From assembly GCA_026393245.1 (NCBI GenBank), contig JAPLAO010000133.1, positions 642 through 64,641 on the forward strand: a stretch of 64,000 nucleotides of DNA. Direction: 5' to 3'. The notes below the pieces were generated by a model that worked only from the letters and a program-made list of their open reading frames with translations, did not search any database and had not been told where the DNA came from. The translations under genes were made by a program, and so were the position numbers. The stretch is from Mycobacterium sp. (GTDB lineage: Bacteria; Actinomycetota; Actinomycetes; Mycobacteriales; Mycobacteriaceae). Shown one piece after another: positions 8,574 through 21,768 of the stretch (position 1 is its first letter; each line of letters begins with the position of its first letter).

Positions 8574-11327
8574 GTGCAGACACATGAGATCAGGAAGCGG
8601 TTCCTTGATCACTTCGTGAACGCGGGCCATACCGAGGTGCCCAGCGCCTCGGTGATCCTCGACGATCCCAATCTGCTGTTCGTCAATGCCGGCATGGTGC
8701 AGTTCGTGCCCTTTTTCCTAGGCCAGCGCACGCCGCCGTATGACACCGCGGTCAGCATCCAGAAGTGCATCCGCACCCCTGATATCGACGAGGTGGGCAT
8801 CACCACCCGGCACAACACCTTCTTCCAGATGGCCGGCAACTTCTCCTTCGGCGACTACTTCAAACGCCGGGCGATTGAACTGGCCTGGGGTCTGCTCACC
8901 AAGCCGGTCGCCGACGGCGGCTACGGGATGGATCCGGAAAAGCTCTGGGCCACAGTCTTTTACGACGACGATGAAGCCGTCACGCTGTGGCAGGACGTTG
9001 CCGGACTGCCGCCCGAACGTATTCAGCGTCGTGGCATGGCCGACAACTACTGGTCGATGGGTATCCCCGGGCCGTGCGGGCCGTGCTCGGAGATCTACTA
9101 CGACCGCGGGCCGGATTACGGCATTGAGGGCGGCCCAGAGGTCAACGAGGACCGCTATATCGAGATCTGGAACCTCGTCTTCATGCAGAACGAGCGTGGC
9201 GAGGGCACTTCCAAGACCGAGTTCGACATCCTCGGGCCGCTGCCGCGGCAGAACATCGACACCGGCATGGGAGTAGAGCGCATCGCCTGCCTGCTGCAGG
9301 GCGTCGACAACGTCTACGAGATCGACCTGCTGCGGCCGATGATCGACACGGTGGCCGAGCGCGCGCCCCGGGACTATGGCGCCGGTAATGCGGCCGACGA
9401 CGTGCGATACCGGGTCATCGCCGACCACACCCGCACCGCGGCGATCATCATCGGCGACGGCGTAACCCCGTCCAACGAGGGCCGCGGTTACGTGCTGCGC
9501 AGGCTGCTGCGCCGCATCGTGCGCTCGGCGAAACTGCTGGGTATCGACACCCCGATCGTGGGTGCGCTGATGGCGACCGTGCGCGACGCCATGGGCCCGT
9601 CCTATCCCGAACTGGTCACCGATTTCGACCGGATCAGCCGGATCGCGGTGGCCGAGGAGACCGCGTTCAACCGGACCCTGGTGGCGGGATCGCGGCTGTT
9701 CGAGGACGCGGCGACCGGTACCAAGTCGGCAGGAAAGACCGTGCTGGGCGGTTCGGAGGCCTTCGCCCTGCACGACACCTACGGATTCCCCATCGAACTC
9801 ACCCTGGAGATGGCCGCAGAGGCCGGGTTGACGGTCGACGAGCTCGGGTTCCGGGAGTTGATGGCCGAGCAGCGTCGACGTGCCAAGGCCGACGCCGCGT
9901 CCCGAAAGCATGCCCATGCAGACCTCTCGGCGTTCCGCGAACTGGTCGATGCCGGCCCGACCGAGTTCACCGGTTTCGATGAGCTGACCTCGCAGGCCCG
10001 GATCCTGGGCATCTTCGTCGACGGAAAACGGGTTCCGGTGGTGGCCCACCGTCTGCGGGCGCACTCGGAAGCCGCGCCGCCCGAACGGGTCGAGATCGTG
10101 CTCGACCGGACCCCGCTGTACGCCGAGTCCGGCGGGCAGATCGCCGATGCCGGTCAGATCACCGGAACCGGCGGCAATGCGACGGCCAGGGCTGCCGTTA
10201 CCGACGTGCAGAAGATCGCCAAGACCCTGTGGGTGCACCGGGTCAATGTCGAGTCTGGCGAGTTCGTCGAGGGCGACACGATCGTCGCCGCGGTGGATCC
10301 GAAGTGGCGCCACGGATCCACCCAGGGGCATTCCGGCACGCATCTGGTGCATGCCGCATTGCGACAAGTGCTGGGGCCCAACGCCGTTCAGGCCGGATCG
10401 CTGAATCGGCCCGGCTATCTGCGGTTCGACTTCAAGTGGCAGGGACCGCTCACCGAGGAGCAGCGCAGCCAGATCGAGGTGGTCGCCAACGAGGCCGTCG
10501 AGGCTGACTTCCCGGTGAACACCTTCACCACCGGAATCGAGAAGGCCAAGGAGATGGGCGCGATGGCGCTCTTCGGCGAGCAGTACCCCGATGAGGTCAG
10601 GGTGGTGGAGATCGGGGGACCGTTCTCCCTGGAACTCTGTGGCGGCACCCACGTGCGCAACTCTGCACAGGTTGGTCCGGTGACGATTCTGGGGGAGTCC
10701 TCCGTGGGATCAGGTGTCCGCCGCGTCGAGGCCTACGCGGGCCTGGACTCGTTCCGCTACCTGGCCAAGGAACGTGCACTGCTGGCCGGGCTTGCCTCAA
10801 GTTTGAAAGTGCCGTCCGATGAGGTGCCCGGCCGGGTCGCGACGCTGGTGGAGCGACTCAGGGTCGCCGAGAAGGAACTCGAGCGGATGCGCCTTTCCGC
10901 CGCGCGTGCCGGCGCGGCAAATGCCGTTGCCGCCGCAGAAGTCGTCGGTAAGGTCCGTCTAGTGGCGCAGCGGATGTCGGACGGGATGACCGCGGCCGAC
11001 CTTCGGTCGCTGGTCGGCGACATCCGGGGCCGCCTGGGCTCCGAACCTGCCGTCGTGGTGCTGATCTCGGAGGTTGCCGAGGTCCGAGACGATCACAAGG
11101 GCGATCACAAGGGCGATCAGCAGGGCGTGGCCGTGCCGTTCGTGGTGGCTGCCAACGATGCCGCAGTGGACGTGGGCCTGCGGGCTGGCGATCTCGTCCG
11201 GGGAATCGCCGACGCCGTGGGTGGCCGCGGCGGTGGCAAGGCCGACCTGGCCCAGGGTTCGGGCAGCGATCCGGGGGGTATCGACGCCGCATTGAACTGG
11301 GTCCGCGCCGAACTGGCGCGGGACTGA
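8574..11327 (+). CDS. alaS: Alanine-tRNA ligase
   Basis: [51 protein letters not shown]. Confidence 0.99.
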   Translation: MQTHEIRKRFLDHFVNAGHTEVPSASVILDDPNLLFVNAGMVQFVPFFLGQRTPPYDTAVSIQKCIRTPDIDEVGITTRHNTFFQMAGNFSFGDYFKRRAIELAWGLLTKPVADGGYGMDPEKLWATVFYDDDEAVTLWQDVAGLPPERIQRRGMADNYWSMGIPGPCGPCSEIYYDRGPDYGIEGGPEVNEDRYIEIWNLVFMQNERGEGTSKTEFDILGPLPRQNIDTGMGVERIACLLQGVDNVYEIDLLRPMIDTVAERAPRDYGAGNAADDVRYRVIADHTRTAAIIIGDGVTPSNEGRGYVLRRLLRRIVRSAKLLGIDTPIVGALMATVRDAMGPSYPELVTDFDRISRIAVAEETAFNRTLVAGSRLFEDAATGTKSAGKTVLGGSEAFALHDTYGFPIELTLEMAAEAGLTVDELGFRELMAEQRRRAKADAASRKHAHADLSAFRELVDAGPTEFTGFDELTSQARILGIFVDGKRVPVVAHRLRAHSEAAPPERVEIVLDRTPLYAESGGQIADAGQITGTGGNATARAAVTDVQKIAKTLWVHRVNVESGEFVEGDTIVAAVDPKWRHGSTQGHSGTHLVHAALRQVLGPNAVQAGSLNRPGYLRFDFKWQGPLTEEQRSQIEVVANEAVEADFPVNTFTTGIEKAKEMGAMALFGEQYPDEVRVVEIGGPFSLELCGGTHVRNSAQVGPVTILGESSVGSGVRRVEAYAGLDSFRYLAKERALLAGLASSLKVPSDEVPGRVATLVERLRVAEKELERMRLSAARAGAANAVAAAEVVGKVRLVAQRMSDGMTAADLRSLVGDIRGRLGSEPAVVVLISEVAEVRDDHKGDHKGDQQGVAVPFVVAANDAAVDVGLRAGDLVRGIADAVGGRGGGKADLAQGSGSDPGGIDAALNWVRAELARD
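11091..11126. repeat. 12-bp tandem repeat in alaS ([12 protein letters not shown])
   Basis: gatcacaagggc x2 plus gatcagcagggc. Confidence 0.8.
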
Positions 11328-11336
11328 GGCCGGTCG

Positions 11337-11822
11337 ATGTCAGAACAGAACCGCATGGCTGACCGGCCGGGTGCCGATGACCCGGGACGGGGCCGGCGGC
11401 TCGGCATTGATGTGGGGACCGTCCGCATCGGGGTGGCGGTCAGCGACCCGGACGGCATCCTGGCGACACCCGTGGAGACCGTGCGTCGGGACTCCCGTGG
11501 CGCGCACCTCCGGCGGATCGCCTCCTTGATCGACGAGTTGGAGATCGTCGAGGTGGTGGTCGGTCTGCCTCGGACGCTCGCCGACCGCGTCGGGTCGTCA
11601 GCGCGGGACGCCATCGACGTCGCCGAGGCCATCGCCGACCGGATCGCAGCGGTACCGGTGCGCCTGGCCGATGAGCGGTTGACTACCGTCAGCGCAGCGC
11701 GATCGCTGCGGGAGGCAGGGGTACGGGCGAAAAATCAGCGGGGGATGATCGACCAAGCGGCCGCCGTGGAGATTTTGCAAGGTTGGCTCGACCAACGCCG
11801 CAATGCGGCACCGACCCGTTAA
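11337..11822 (+). CDS. ruvX: Holliday junction resolvase-like / pre-16S rRNA nuclease YqgF
   Basis: [33 protein letters not shown]; follows alaS. Confidence 0.95.
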   Translation: MSEQNRMADRPGADDPGRGRRLGIDVGTVRIGVAVSDPDGILATPVETVRRDSRGAHLRRIASLIDELEIVEVVVGLPRTLADRVGSSARDAIDVAEAIADRIAAVPVRLADERLTTVSAARSLREAGVRAKNQRGMIDQAAAVEILQGWLDQRRNAAPTR

Positions 11823-11847
11823 GCCGCAACGCGGCACCGACCGGTAA
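11797..11847. repeat. 26/25-bp tandem duplication of the ruvX 3' end including its stop
   Basis: gccgcaatgcggcaccgacccgttaa / gccgcaacgcggcaccgaccggtaa. Confidence 0.8.
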
Positions 11848-11857
11848 GAGAGTGACG

Positions 11858-13096
11858 ATGCCTGGAGACGAAGGCCAAGAGCCGGATCGCGCCCAGCCCG
11901 AGGCCGTCGGCGAGCCGCAACGGACCCGGTCGCAACTGCGAGCCGAGGAGACCAGGCGCGGCCGCGGCAGGCTGCTTGTACTGGTGGGGCTGCTCCTTGC
12001 CGTTGTGCTCGGCGCAGTTCTGCTTGGCCCCAAGCTGTTCGGCGGACCCAAGGCCCCCGGCGACTACACCGGCGAGGGCGCCGAGGACATCGTGATCCAG
12101 GTCCACCCCGGCGACTCGGGATCGGTGATCGCCCAGAACCTGGTGGATAGGGGCGTCATCGCCGATGTCGGGCCGTTCATCTCATCGGCCTCCGGCAACG
12201 CCGAGTTGGCGGCGATTCAGCCGGGCTACTACCAGCTGCGCACGGAGATCCCGGCGGCGACGGCGGTCGCCAAGCTGACTGATCCGAAGTCCCGGGTGGG
12301 CAAGCTGGTCATCCCGGAAGGACGCCAACTCGACGATATCGAAGCGGTCAGCACCGGCGCGGTCACCGAGGGCATTTTCACCCTAATCTCCGACGCCAGT
12401 TGCGTGGACCTCAATGGCACCGAGAAGTGTGTGTCCGCGAAGGACCTCAAGGCGGCCGCGGGAGAGGGCCCGTTGTCGTCGCTGAACGTGCCGGATTGGG
12501 CGGTCAAGGGAGCCGGCCTTATGGGCAATAGCCACCGGCGCCTCGAGGGCCTGATCGCCCCTGGAACGTGGAACATCGATCCGTCGGCATCGGCCAAGGA
12601 GACTATCGCCAAGCTGGTCGCCCAGAGCAGTGAGCACTATGTCGAAGGCGGACTGCTCGACACCGCCAAGGCGATGAACATATCTCCGTACGAAGTCCTG
12701 ATCGTGGCGTCGCTGGTGCAGAAGGAGGCCAAGCCCGCCGACTTCGCCAAGGTAGCCCGGGTCATTTACAACCGGCTCAACAGCGAGTACGACCGGCTCG
12801 AGTTCGACTCCACGGTGAACTATCCGTTGGTTTTGCAGGAAGTCGCCACCACCGATACCGACCGCAAGACCGAGACCCCGTGGAACACCTACGCCAAGGC
12901 CGGTCTGCCCGCGACGCCGATCTGTTCACCTGGTGACGATGCGCTGGCCGCGGCCGAACGCCCCGATGAGGGCAACTGGCTGTACTTCGTGACCGTGGAC
13001 CAGGACGGCACCACCCTGTTCACCGGTGACTACCAGGAGCACCTGAGCAATATCGAGCAGGCACAGAGCAGCGGCATTCTTAATTCCGGGCGATGA
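11858..13096 (+). CDS. mltG: Endolytic transglycosylase MltG (YceG family)
   Basis: N-terminal TM; VASLVQKEA, VARVIYNRL, L.FDSTVNY, PWNTY..GLPATPI; start uncertain. Confidence 0.93.
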   Translation: MPGDEGQEPDRAQPEAVGEPQRTRSQLRAEETRRGRGRLLVLVGLLLAVVLGAVLLGPKLFGGPKAPGDYTGEGAEDIVIQVHPGDSGSVIAQNLVDRGVIADVGPFISSASGNAELAAIQPGYYQLRTEIPAATAVAKLTDPKSRVGKLVIPEGRQLDDIEAVSTGAVTEGIFTLISDASCVDLNGTEKCVSAKDLKAAAGEGPLSSLNVPDWAVKGAGLMGNSHRRLEGLIAPGTWNIDPSASAKETIAKLVAQSSEHYVEGGLLDTAKAMNISPYEVLIVASLVQKEAKPADFAKVARVIYNRLNSEYDRLEFDSTVNYPLVLQEVATTDTDRKTETPWNTYAKAGLPATPICSPGDDALAAAERPDEGNWLYFVTVDQDGTTLFTGDYQEHLSNIEQAQSSGILNSGR

Positions 13097-13177
13097 ACGC
13101 GCGATGAACGTCAGTGAAGAGCGCAGGGGGCCGAAGTGAAGAGCCCAATTAGATCCGGGCGATGAAGGCGCGCGATG
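13083..13177. repeat. MIRU-like intergenic element with flanking duplication
   Basis: tccgggcgatgaa.gcgcgcgatg appears at both ends; internal (A/G)TGA-overlapping micro-ORFs. Confidence 0.6.
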
Positions 13178-13978
13178 GTGAATCCCCGCAAGGCTGCCAT
13201 CCTCGGCTCGCCAGTCACACATTCGCGTTCACCGCAGTTGCACCAGGCGGCCTACCGCGCGCTCGGTCTTGACGGCTGGACTTATGACCGCATCGAGTGC
13301 ACGGCCGCCGAATTACCCTCTGTCGTAGGCGCTTTCGGCCCGGAGTGGGTGGGTGTGTCGGTGACCATGCCCGGGAAGTTCGCCGCATTGCGCTTCGCCG
13401 ATGAGCGAACCGGGCGCGCAGAACTTCTCGGCTCGGCCAACACTCTGGTGCGCACCGGTGCGGGCTGGCGCGCGGACAACACCGATATCGATGGTGTCGC
13501 GGGTGCGCTGGCGCACCGACATGATCTGCGCCGCGCGGTTGTCGTCGGTTCCGGTGGCACCGCACCTGCCGCCGTCGCCGGACTGGCCGGACTCGGCGTC
13601 ACCGAGATCACGGTGCTGGCACGAAGTCGTGAGAAAGCCGCCGGCGTAATCGACGTGGGATCAGCACTGGGGGTGGCGATGACATTCGGTGACCTCGGTG
13701 CCGCGGATCTGCGCGCCGTCATCGCCGACGTCGACGTCCTGGTGAGCACGATCCCGGCCGTCGCCGCGGCCGGCTATGCGGAGCGCCTCGCGTCGGCCCC
13801 GGTGTTGCTCGACGCGATCTACGACCCGTGGCCCACCCCTCTGGCGCAGGCGGTCGCCGAGTCCGGCGGCGAGGTGATCAGCGGACTGCAGATGCTGCTA
13901 CACCAGGCCTTCGGTCAGGTTGAACAATTCACAGGCCGGCCTGCGCCGCGACAGCAGATGGCGGCGGCACTGGGCTAG
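13175..13978 (+). CDS. aroE: Shikimate dehydrogenase
   Basis: HSRSPQLH, VSVTMPGK, SANTL, NTDIDG, GLQMLLHQA. Confidence 0.95.
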   Translation: MVNPRKAAILGSPVTHSRSPQLHQAAYRALGLDGWTYDRIECTAAELPSVVGAFGPEWVGVSVTMPGKFAALRFADERTGRAELLGSANTLVRTGAGWRADNTDIDGVAGALAHRHDLRRAVVVGSGGTAPAAVAGLAGLGVTEITVLARSREKAAGVIDVGSALGVAMTFGDLGAADLRAVIADVDVLVSTIPAVAAAGYAERLASAPVLLDAIYDPWPTPLAQAVAESGGEVISGLQMLLHQAFGQVEQFTGRPAPRQQMAAALG

Positions 13979-13989
13979 CGTGCCCAGAC

Positions 13990-14427
13990 ATGGGTGGCGC
14001 CGGGGTACTGGGATGCGGAATTGTCGTCGCGTGGGCGGCGGCACTGACCCTCGTCGACGTTCGCGTCCGCCGCCTGCCCAATGCGCTGACCCTGACCGGC
14101 GCGTTGGTGATTCTGGTCGGCGCCGCAGCCGCGGGCCGGGGAACGCTCGCCCTGGTGGGAGGCCTGGCCCTGAGCGGGCTCTACCTGGTGGTGCACTTGG
14201 CATACCCGTCGGGCATGGGTGCCGGTGACGTCAAACTGGCGCTGGCTCTGGGCGCGTTGACGGGGGCATTCGGGCTCGCTGTGTGGACGCTGGCCGCGCT
14301 CGCGGCACCCATGCTGACTGCGATCCTCGGCGTGATCGCGGTGATGTGCCGTCGTCGTATCCTCCTGCCGCACGGGCCGTCGATGTGCGTGGCGAGCCTG
14401 GCGTCCGCCGCGCTGGCAGTGTTCTGA
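13990..14427 (+). CDS. Prepilin peptidase A24-family membrane protein
   Basis: D...[22 protein letters not shown]; position between aroE and aroC. Confidence 0.85.
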   Translation: MGGAGVLGCGIVVAWAAALTLVDVRVRRLPNALTLTGALVILVGAAAAGRGTLALVGGLALSGLYLVVHLAYPSGMGAGDVKLALALGALTGAFGLAVWTLAALAAPMLTAILGVIAVMCRRRILLPHGPSMCVASLASAALAVF

Positions 14428-14516
14428 AGTTCGCGCGGTACCCCGGCGTTATGCGGCGCGCCCCGCCTCGGTCCGTCATTTTGGGCACCGCGTTGCCGCC
14501 GTGGGAAGATGATCGC

Positions 14517-15737
14517 GTGTTGCGATGGACTACCGCTGGTGAATCTCACGGCCGCGCCTTGGTGGCGGTGGTCGAGGGCATGGTTGCCGGGGTGCAGGTC
14601 ACCTCGCCCGATATCGGCGGCGAGTTGGCTCGCCGCCGGCTCGGCTACGGCCGTGGTGCCCGAATGAAGTTCGAGCAGGACGCGGTAACCGTGTTGGCCG
14701 GCATCCGGCATGGCAGCACCCTGGGCGGGCCGATCGCCATCGAGATCGGCAACTCCGAGTGGCCGAAGTGGGAGACCGTGATGGCCGCCGACCCGGTTGA
14801 CGTCGACGCGCTGGACTCCGACAGCGCGCGCAACGCCCCGCTGACCCGGCCGCGCCCCGGTCACGCCGATTACGCCGGCATGCTCAAGTACGGATTCGAT
14901 GACGCCCGGCCGGTACTCGAACGCGCCAGCGCCCGGGAGACCGCCGCCCGCGTCGCGGCCGGAACCATCGCCAGGGCGTTCCTGCGCCAGGCGCTCGGCG
15001 TCGAAGTGGTGTCGCACGTGGTGTCGATCGGCGCGTCGGTGCCCTACGACGGTCCGCCGCCGACCATCGTCGACCTGCCGCGCATCGACGACAGCCCGGT
15101 TCGGGCGTTCGACGCCGTCGCCGAGAAGGCCATGATCGCCGAGATCGAGGCCGCCAAACGCGACGGCGACACCCTCGGCGGGGTGGTGGAGGTCGTCGTA
15201 CACGGCCTGCCGATCGGACTCGGGTCGTTCACCAGCGGCGAGAACAAACTCGACAGCCAACTCGCGGCAGCCGTGATGGGTATCCAGGCAATCAAGGGTG
15301 TGGAGATCGGCGACGGATTCGCCACTGCGCGCCGGCGCGGCAGCGGTGCCCACGACGAGATGTACCCCGGACCCGACGGGGTGATGCGGTCCACCAACCG
15401 GGCCGGCGGACTGGAAGGCGGCATGACCAACGGCCAGGCCTTGCGCGTCCGCGCCGCGATGAAGCCGATCTCCACCGTGCCCCGGGCGCTCGCCACTGTC
15501 GATCTGTCCACCGGCGAGCAGGCCGTGGCGATCCACCAACGCTCCGATGTGTGCGCGGTCCCGGCCGCCGGTGTGGTGGTCGAGACCATGGTCGCCCTGG
15601 TACTCGCCCGGGCAGCGCTGGAGAAGTTCGGCGGTGATTCGCTGACCGAGACCCGCCGCAATATCGACGGCTACCTGCGCGCGCTGAGCGAGCGTCAGGC
15701 GGTCGCTGATGCAGACTCGGTACGGTTGTCGGGGTAG
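14517..15737 (+). CDS. aroC: Chorismate synthase
   Basis: [36 protein letters not shown]-like, [10 protein letters not shown]; start GTG 14517. Confidence 0.98.
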   Translation: MLRWTTAGESHGRALVAVVEGMVAGVQVTSPDIGGELARRRLGYGRGARMKFEQDAVTVLAGIRHGSTLGGPIAIEIGNSEWPKWETVMAADPVDVDALDSDSARNAPLTRPRPGHADYAGMLKYGFDDARPVLERASARETAARVAAGTIARAFLRQALGVEVVSHVVSIGASVPYDGPPPTIVDLPRIDDSPVRAFDAVAEKAMIAEIEAAKRDGDTLGGVVEVVVHGLPIGLGSFTSGENKLDSQLAAAVMGIQAIKGVEIGDGFATARRRGSGAHDEMYPGPDGVMRSTNRAGGLEGGMTNGQALRVRAAMKPISTVPRALATVDLSTGEQAVAIHQRSDVCAVPAAGVVVETMVALVLARAALEKFGGDSLTETRRNIDGYLRALSERQAVADADSVRLSG

Positions 15738-15742
15738 CGGAG

Positions 15743-17951
<2,209 letters not shown>

Positions 17952-17962
17952 GCGCGACGCAG

Positions 17963-18799
17963 ATGGATAATTTGGATCATATGGACACGGTCACGCGCAG
18001 CGTGGGTGGTCTCGCGGTAGCCTTCGGCATCGCAGCGGCGATGGCCGTCGCGCTTGCTGATCCGGCGTCCGCAGCCCCCGTCGGCGTTTCCGCCGATGAC
18101 TCGGCTCACGCCAATCGCACTCCACGGTCGAACCCCGTCCGCCGGACACCACAGGTGCGCGCCGCTGCCGCACGCGAACCGGTGCCGCATCCGCCCGCCG
18201 CATCCGTCCGTGCTGATCGCCGGTCGGTCCGAACGGCGGTCGCGCCCACCACAGCGCCATCGGTAGCCACGGCATCAAAGCCGTATCCGAGGTGGGACAG
18301 CCGCGGAAGGCTCATCACCATCTACAAGGGCACCCACTTCGTGATTCCGAATCGGTGGGCACTGTGGGTCACCAAGGAATCTGGCGACGCCACGTTCACC
18401 GCCGATTCAGCGTATGACCTCAAAGATGAGGATCAGTACGACTGGAACAAACTCGCGGGCATCACCTTCACTCCGTGGCGACCCGATCGCAACTCCAGCA
18501 TGGTCGTCTGGCGCTACAACCTGCAGAACGGAATGTACGAGATCGGGCCGTTTTTCAACGTCGACTTCGCCTACGTATTTCCCAACGACGATCAGATCAT
18601 CACTGTGCCCGCGGATCAGATGTTCAGCTACACAGTCGATTACAATGGAATTTCGGTGTCCTACGGCGACATCACGGTGCACAAGGCCACCCCCGTAGCA
18701 CTCAAGCCCAATTTCTGGACCAGCGCCCGCGTGACGGGATGGTTCGGCGGCAGTGAAGTAGCGCCCCGAACGGTGTCCTACTACCAACGCTTGACCTAG
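17963..18799 (+). CDS. Putative secreted protein: signal, low-complexity linker, aromatic beta-rich domain
   Basis: GGLAVAFGIAAAMAVALADPASA signal-like segment; W/Y/F-rich C-terminal domain; start uncertain. Confidence 0.75.
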   Translation: MDNLDHMDTVTRSVGGLAVAFGIAAAMAVALADPASAAPVGVSADDSAHANRTPRSNPVRRTPQVRAAAAREPVPHPPAASVRADRRSVRTAVAPTTAPSVATASKPYPRWDSRGRLITIYKGTHFVIPNRWALWVTKESGDATFTADSAYDLKDEDQYDWNKLAGITFTPWRPDRNSSMVVWRYNLQNGMYEIGPFFNVDFAYVFPNDDQIITVPADQMFSYTVDYNGISVSYGDITVHKATPVALKPNFWTSARVTGWFGGSEVAPRTVSYYQRLT

Positions 18800-18832
18800 G
18801 CGCGCACCGCGGTGCCACCCGAGCGGGCCGTT

Positions 18833-19537
18833 TCAGTACCTGGTGTCGTCCTCGGACTGAATCCGGTCGATCTCGGATTCGATCTGCACGGTCTCGTCGT
18901 GAATCTGCCCGACGATCTGCTCGGTGGCATCGTCGGCGGCCTCGCGTTCGGCGAGAGCGACCGATGAGGTGTAGGTCTCCGGATAATCGATGGCGGTAGC
19001 GCCGGCTGACGCGACCGCGACCGGCGCGATGGGGCCGGTCCTCGGATCATCGTCGCGCACCGCGTCGAACACGTCGGTCTCGACACCGTCGGTGACTCGT
19101 CGGCGCTCCTGCGGGGGCCGCGTGCGGTCGACGAGCCGACGTCCAACCGCCACTGCCAGCATCGCGGGCAGGAACACCAGTAGCGTCGTGAACGCCGCGA
19201 ACACCGACAGTTCTGGCACGATGCCTTCGGCGTAAATGGCGTGGTAGACCAGCGAGATGAGAAAGACGACGAGGCCGCTGACGAAGCCGGCGAACAGGCC
19301 GGCCAGCAACCAGCGCATCGCCAGGTCGCGACGGCGGTCCGGATCCGGGTTGGCCCGCGCGTCGGACATACCGTCCAGCAGAGCCCACACGAACGCCGCG
19401 ATGCCGAAGATCACAACCAGCGCCAGGCTGATCATGCCGGCCTTGGTGGGGTAGGTGTTGATCAACGTTCCCTGCACCAGGCGGAGCACCACCATTCCGA
19501 TCGCGAGCACCAGCCCGCGCGGTAACCACGTAGTCAT
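18833..19537 (-). CDS. Four-TM membrane protein (B-4DMT family, Rv2536-like)
   Basis: WLPRGLV, ANPDPDRRRDLAM.WL; antisense between aroQ and pepQ as in mycobacteria. Confidence 0.85.
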   Translation of the reverse strand: MTTWLPRGLVLAIGMVVLRLVQGTLINTYPTKAGMISLALVVIFGIAAFVWALLDGMSDARANPDPDRRRDLAMRWLLAGLFAGFVSGLVVFLISLVYHAIYAEGIVPELSVFAAFTTLLVFLPAMLAVAVGRRLVDRTRPPQERRRVTDGVETDVFDAVRDDDPRTGPIAPVAVASAGATAIDYPETYTSSVALAEREAADDATEQIVGQIHDETVQIESEIDRIQSEDDTRY

Positions 19538-19570
19538 GGTTGTGCAGCCTAGCGAGTACCGTCACCGACC

Positions 19571-20686
19571 GTGACACATTCCCAACGTCGGGCCCGGCTG
19601 GCGGCCCGACTGGCGGCCGTCGGCCTGGATGCGCTGCTGGTCAGCGACCTGATCAATGTTCGCTATCTGTCCGGATTCACCGGCTCCAACGCGGCGTTGC
19701 TGGTGTTCGCCGCTGATACCGATACCGGGACCGAGCCGGTGCTGGTCACCGACTCGCGGTATCGGACTCAGGCGCTGCGCCAAGCACCGGACCTCGAAAC
19801 GGTGATCGAGCGGGCCTGCGGCCGTCACCTGGTGGCCAGGGCTGCATTGGCGGGTGCTCGCCGAATCGGATTCGAAAGCCACGTCGTCACCGTCGACGGG
19901 TTCGATGTGCTCTCCGGCGCGCTCTCCGATGCGCGGCAGGGGCATGGCGGGGCGGAACTGGTGCGTGCATCGGGCGTTGTCGAAGCATTGCGGGAGATCA
20001 AGGATGCCGGTGAGATCACCCTGTTGCGTGCGGCCTGCGCGGCGGCCGATACGGCCCTGGCGGATCTGGTCGGCAACGGTGGCCTGCGACCCGGACGCAC
20101 CGAACGTGCGGTGGCCCGGGAGTTGGAGTCATTGATGGTCGACCACGGCGCCGACGGGCGCGCCTTCGAGACCATCGTGGCCGCCGGCGCCAATTCAGCG
20201 GTGCCGCACCATCGGCCCACCGAGGCGGTGCTGGGCAGGGGTGACTTCGTCAAGATCGACTTCGGGGCCCTGCTCGGGGGCTACCACTCCGATATGACGC
20301 GTACCTTCGTCCTCGGGCAGGCGGCGGACTGGCAGCGCGAGATCTACGGCGTGGTGTTGACCGCGCAGCAGGCCGGCCGGGAGGCGCTGGAGGTGGGTGC
20401 CGGGTTGTGCGATGTCGACAGCGCGGCTCGACAGGTGATCGTCGACGCGGGCTACGGCGAGCACTTCGGCCATGGACTCGGACACGGCGTCGGATTGCAG
20501 ATCCATGAAGCCCCGGGAATCAACTCCGCGGCCGCCGGTACACTTCACGCTGGCTCCGTGGTGACCGTGGAACCCGGTGTTTACCTGCCCGACCGAGGTG
20601 GTGTCCGCATCGAGGACACTCTGGCCGTCGGCGAGCGGGGCCCTGAGTTGCTGACCCGGTTCCCGAAGGACCTGGCCATCCTCTAG
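19571..20686 (+). CDS. pepQ: Xaa-Pro peptidase (M24)
   Basis: YLSGFTGSN, DFGA...GYHSDMTRT, HGLGHGVGLQIHE, TVEPGVY, GVRIED. Confidence 0.95.
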   Translation: MTHSQRRARLAARLAAVGLDALLVSDLINVRYLSGFTGSNAALLVFAADTDTGTEPVLVTDSRYRTQALRQAPDLETVIERACGRHLVARAALAGARRIGFESHVVTVDGFDVLSGALSDARQGHGGAELVRASGVVEALREIKDAGEITLLRAACAAADTALADLVGNGGLRPGRTERAVARELESLMVDHGADGRAFETIVAAGANSAVPHHRPTEAVLGRGDFVKIDFGALLGGYHSDMTRTFVLGQAADWQREIYGVVLTAQQAGREALEVGAGLCDVDSAARQVIVDAGYGEHFGHGLGHGVGLQIHEAPGINSAAAGTLHAGSVVTVEPGVYLPDRGGVRIEDTLAVGERGPELLTRFPKDLAIL

Positions 20687-20719
20687 GCGGCCCCGCAGAA
20701 CGAAGGAGAACGACCCACC

Positions 20720-21283
20720 GTGGCATCCACTGCCGACTTCAAGAACGGCGTTGTGCTGAACATTGACGGCCAACTCTGGACCATCATCGAGTTCCAGCAC
20801 GTCAAGCCAGGTAAGGGACCGGCCTTCGTCCGGACAAAGCTGAAGAACGTGCTCTCCGGGAAGGTCGTCGACAAGACCTACAACGCCGGTGTCAAGGTGG
20901 AGACCGCAACCGTGGACCGGCGCGACACCACCTATCTCTACCGTGACGGAAACGACTTCGTCTTCATGGACAGCCAGGACTACGAACAGCATGCGCTGCC
21001 GGAGTCGCTCGTCGGGGACGCCGCCAACTTCCTGTTGGAGAGCATGCCGGTGCAGATCGCGTTCAATGAGGGCGCACCGCTCTACATCGAACTACCCACG
21101 ACCGTCGAACTCGTGGTCGCCAGCACCGAGCCCGGGCTGCAGGGCGACCGCTCCAGTGCCGGTACCAAGCCGGCGACGATGGAAACCGGCGCCGAGATCC
21201 AGGTTCCGCTATTCATCAACACCGGCGACAAACTCAAGGTTGATTCGCGCGACGGAAATTACTTGGGCCGCGTGAACACTTAG
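20720..21283 (+). CDS. efp: Elongation factor P
   Basis: [29 protein letters not shown]. Confidence 0.99.
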   Translation: MASTADFKNGVVLNIDGQLWTIIEFQHVKPGKGPAFVRTKLKNVLSGKVVDKTYNAGVKVETATVDRRDTTYLYRDGNDFVFMDSQDYEQHALPESLVGDAANFLLESMPVQIAFNEGAPLYIELPTTVELVVASTEPGLQGDRSSAGTKPATMETGAEIQVPLFINTGDKLKVDSRDGNYLGRVNT

Positions 21284-21285
21284 CC

Positions 21286-21765
21286 ATGGCTGAGCGCAAG
21301 CCCGACAAGGGCCGCCATCAGGCCCGTAAACGTGCGGTCGATCTGCTGTTCGAGGGCGAGGCCCGCGGATTGTCCGCAGCTGAAGTGGTCGATTCGCGTA
21401 CATCGCTGGCCGGGTCCAACCACGATGTCTCAGCGCTGAACCCGTACACCGCGACCGTCGCCCGCGGCGTCACCGAACACGCCGCACATATCGACGAGTT
21501 GATCACCTCGCACCTGCACGGGTGGACCCTGGAGCGCCTACCGGCAGTCGACCGGGCCATCATGCGCGTCGCGGTGTGGGAACTGCTGTACGCCGACGAC
21601 GTCCCCGAACCGGTGGCCGTAGACGAGGCGGTCCAGCTCGCGAAGGAACTCTCCACCGACGAATCACCCGGGTTCGTCAACGGGGTTCTCGGCCAGCTGA
21701 TGTTGCTGACGCCCCAGATCCGTGCCGCGGCGGCAGCGGTTCGCGGTACGGTGCCCGACGCCTGA
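21286..21765 (+). CDS. nusB: Transcription antitermination factor NusB
   Basis: [36 protein letters not shown]. Confidence 0.97.
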   Translation: MAERKPDKGRHQARKRAVDLLFEGEARGLSAAEVVDSRTSLAGSNHDVSALNPYTATVARGVTEHAAHIDELITSHLHGWTLERLPAVDRAIMRVAVWELLYADDVPEPVAVDEAVQLAKELSTDESPGFVNGVLGQLMLLTPQIRAAAAAVRGTVPDA

Positions 21766-21768
21766 GGC

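Noticed and set aside
8718-10652. Long antisense ORFs over alaS, and similar ones over aroC, priA, rsmB, ribBA and gap
   Set aside because: Typical high-GC shadow ORFs opposite well-conserved genes; no motifs
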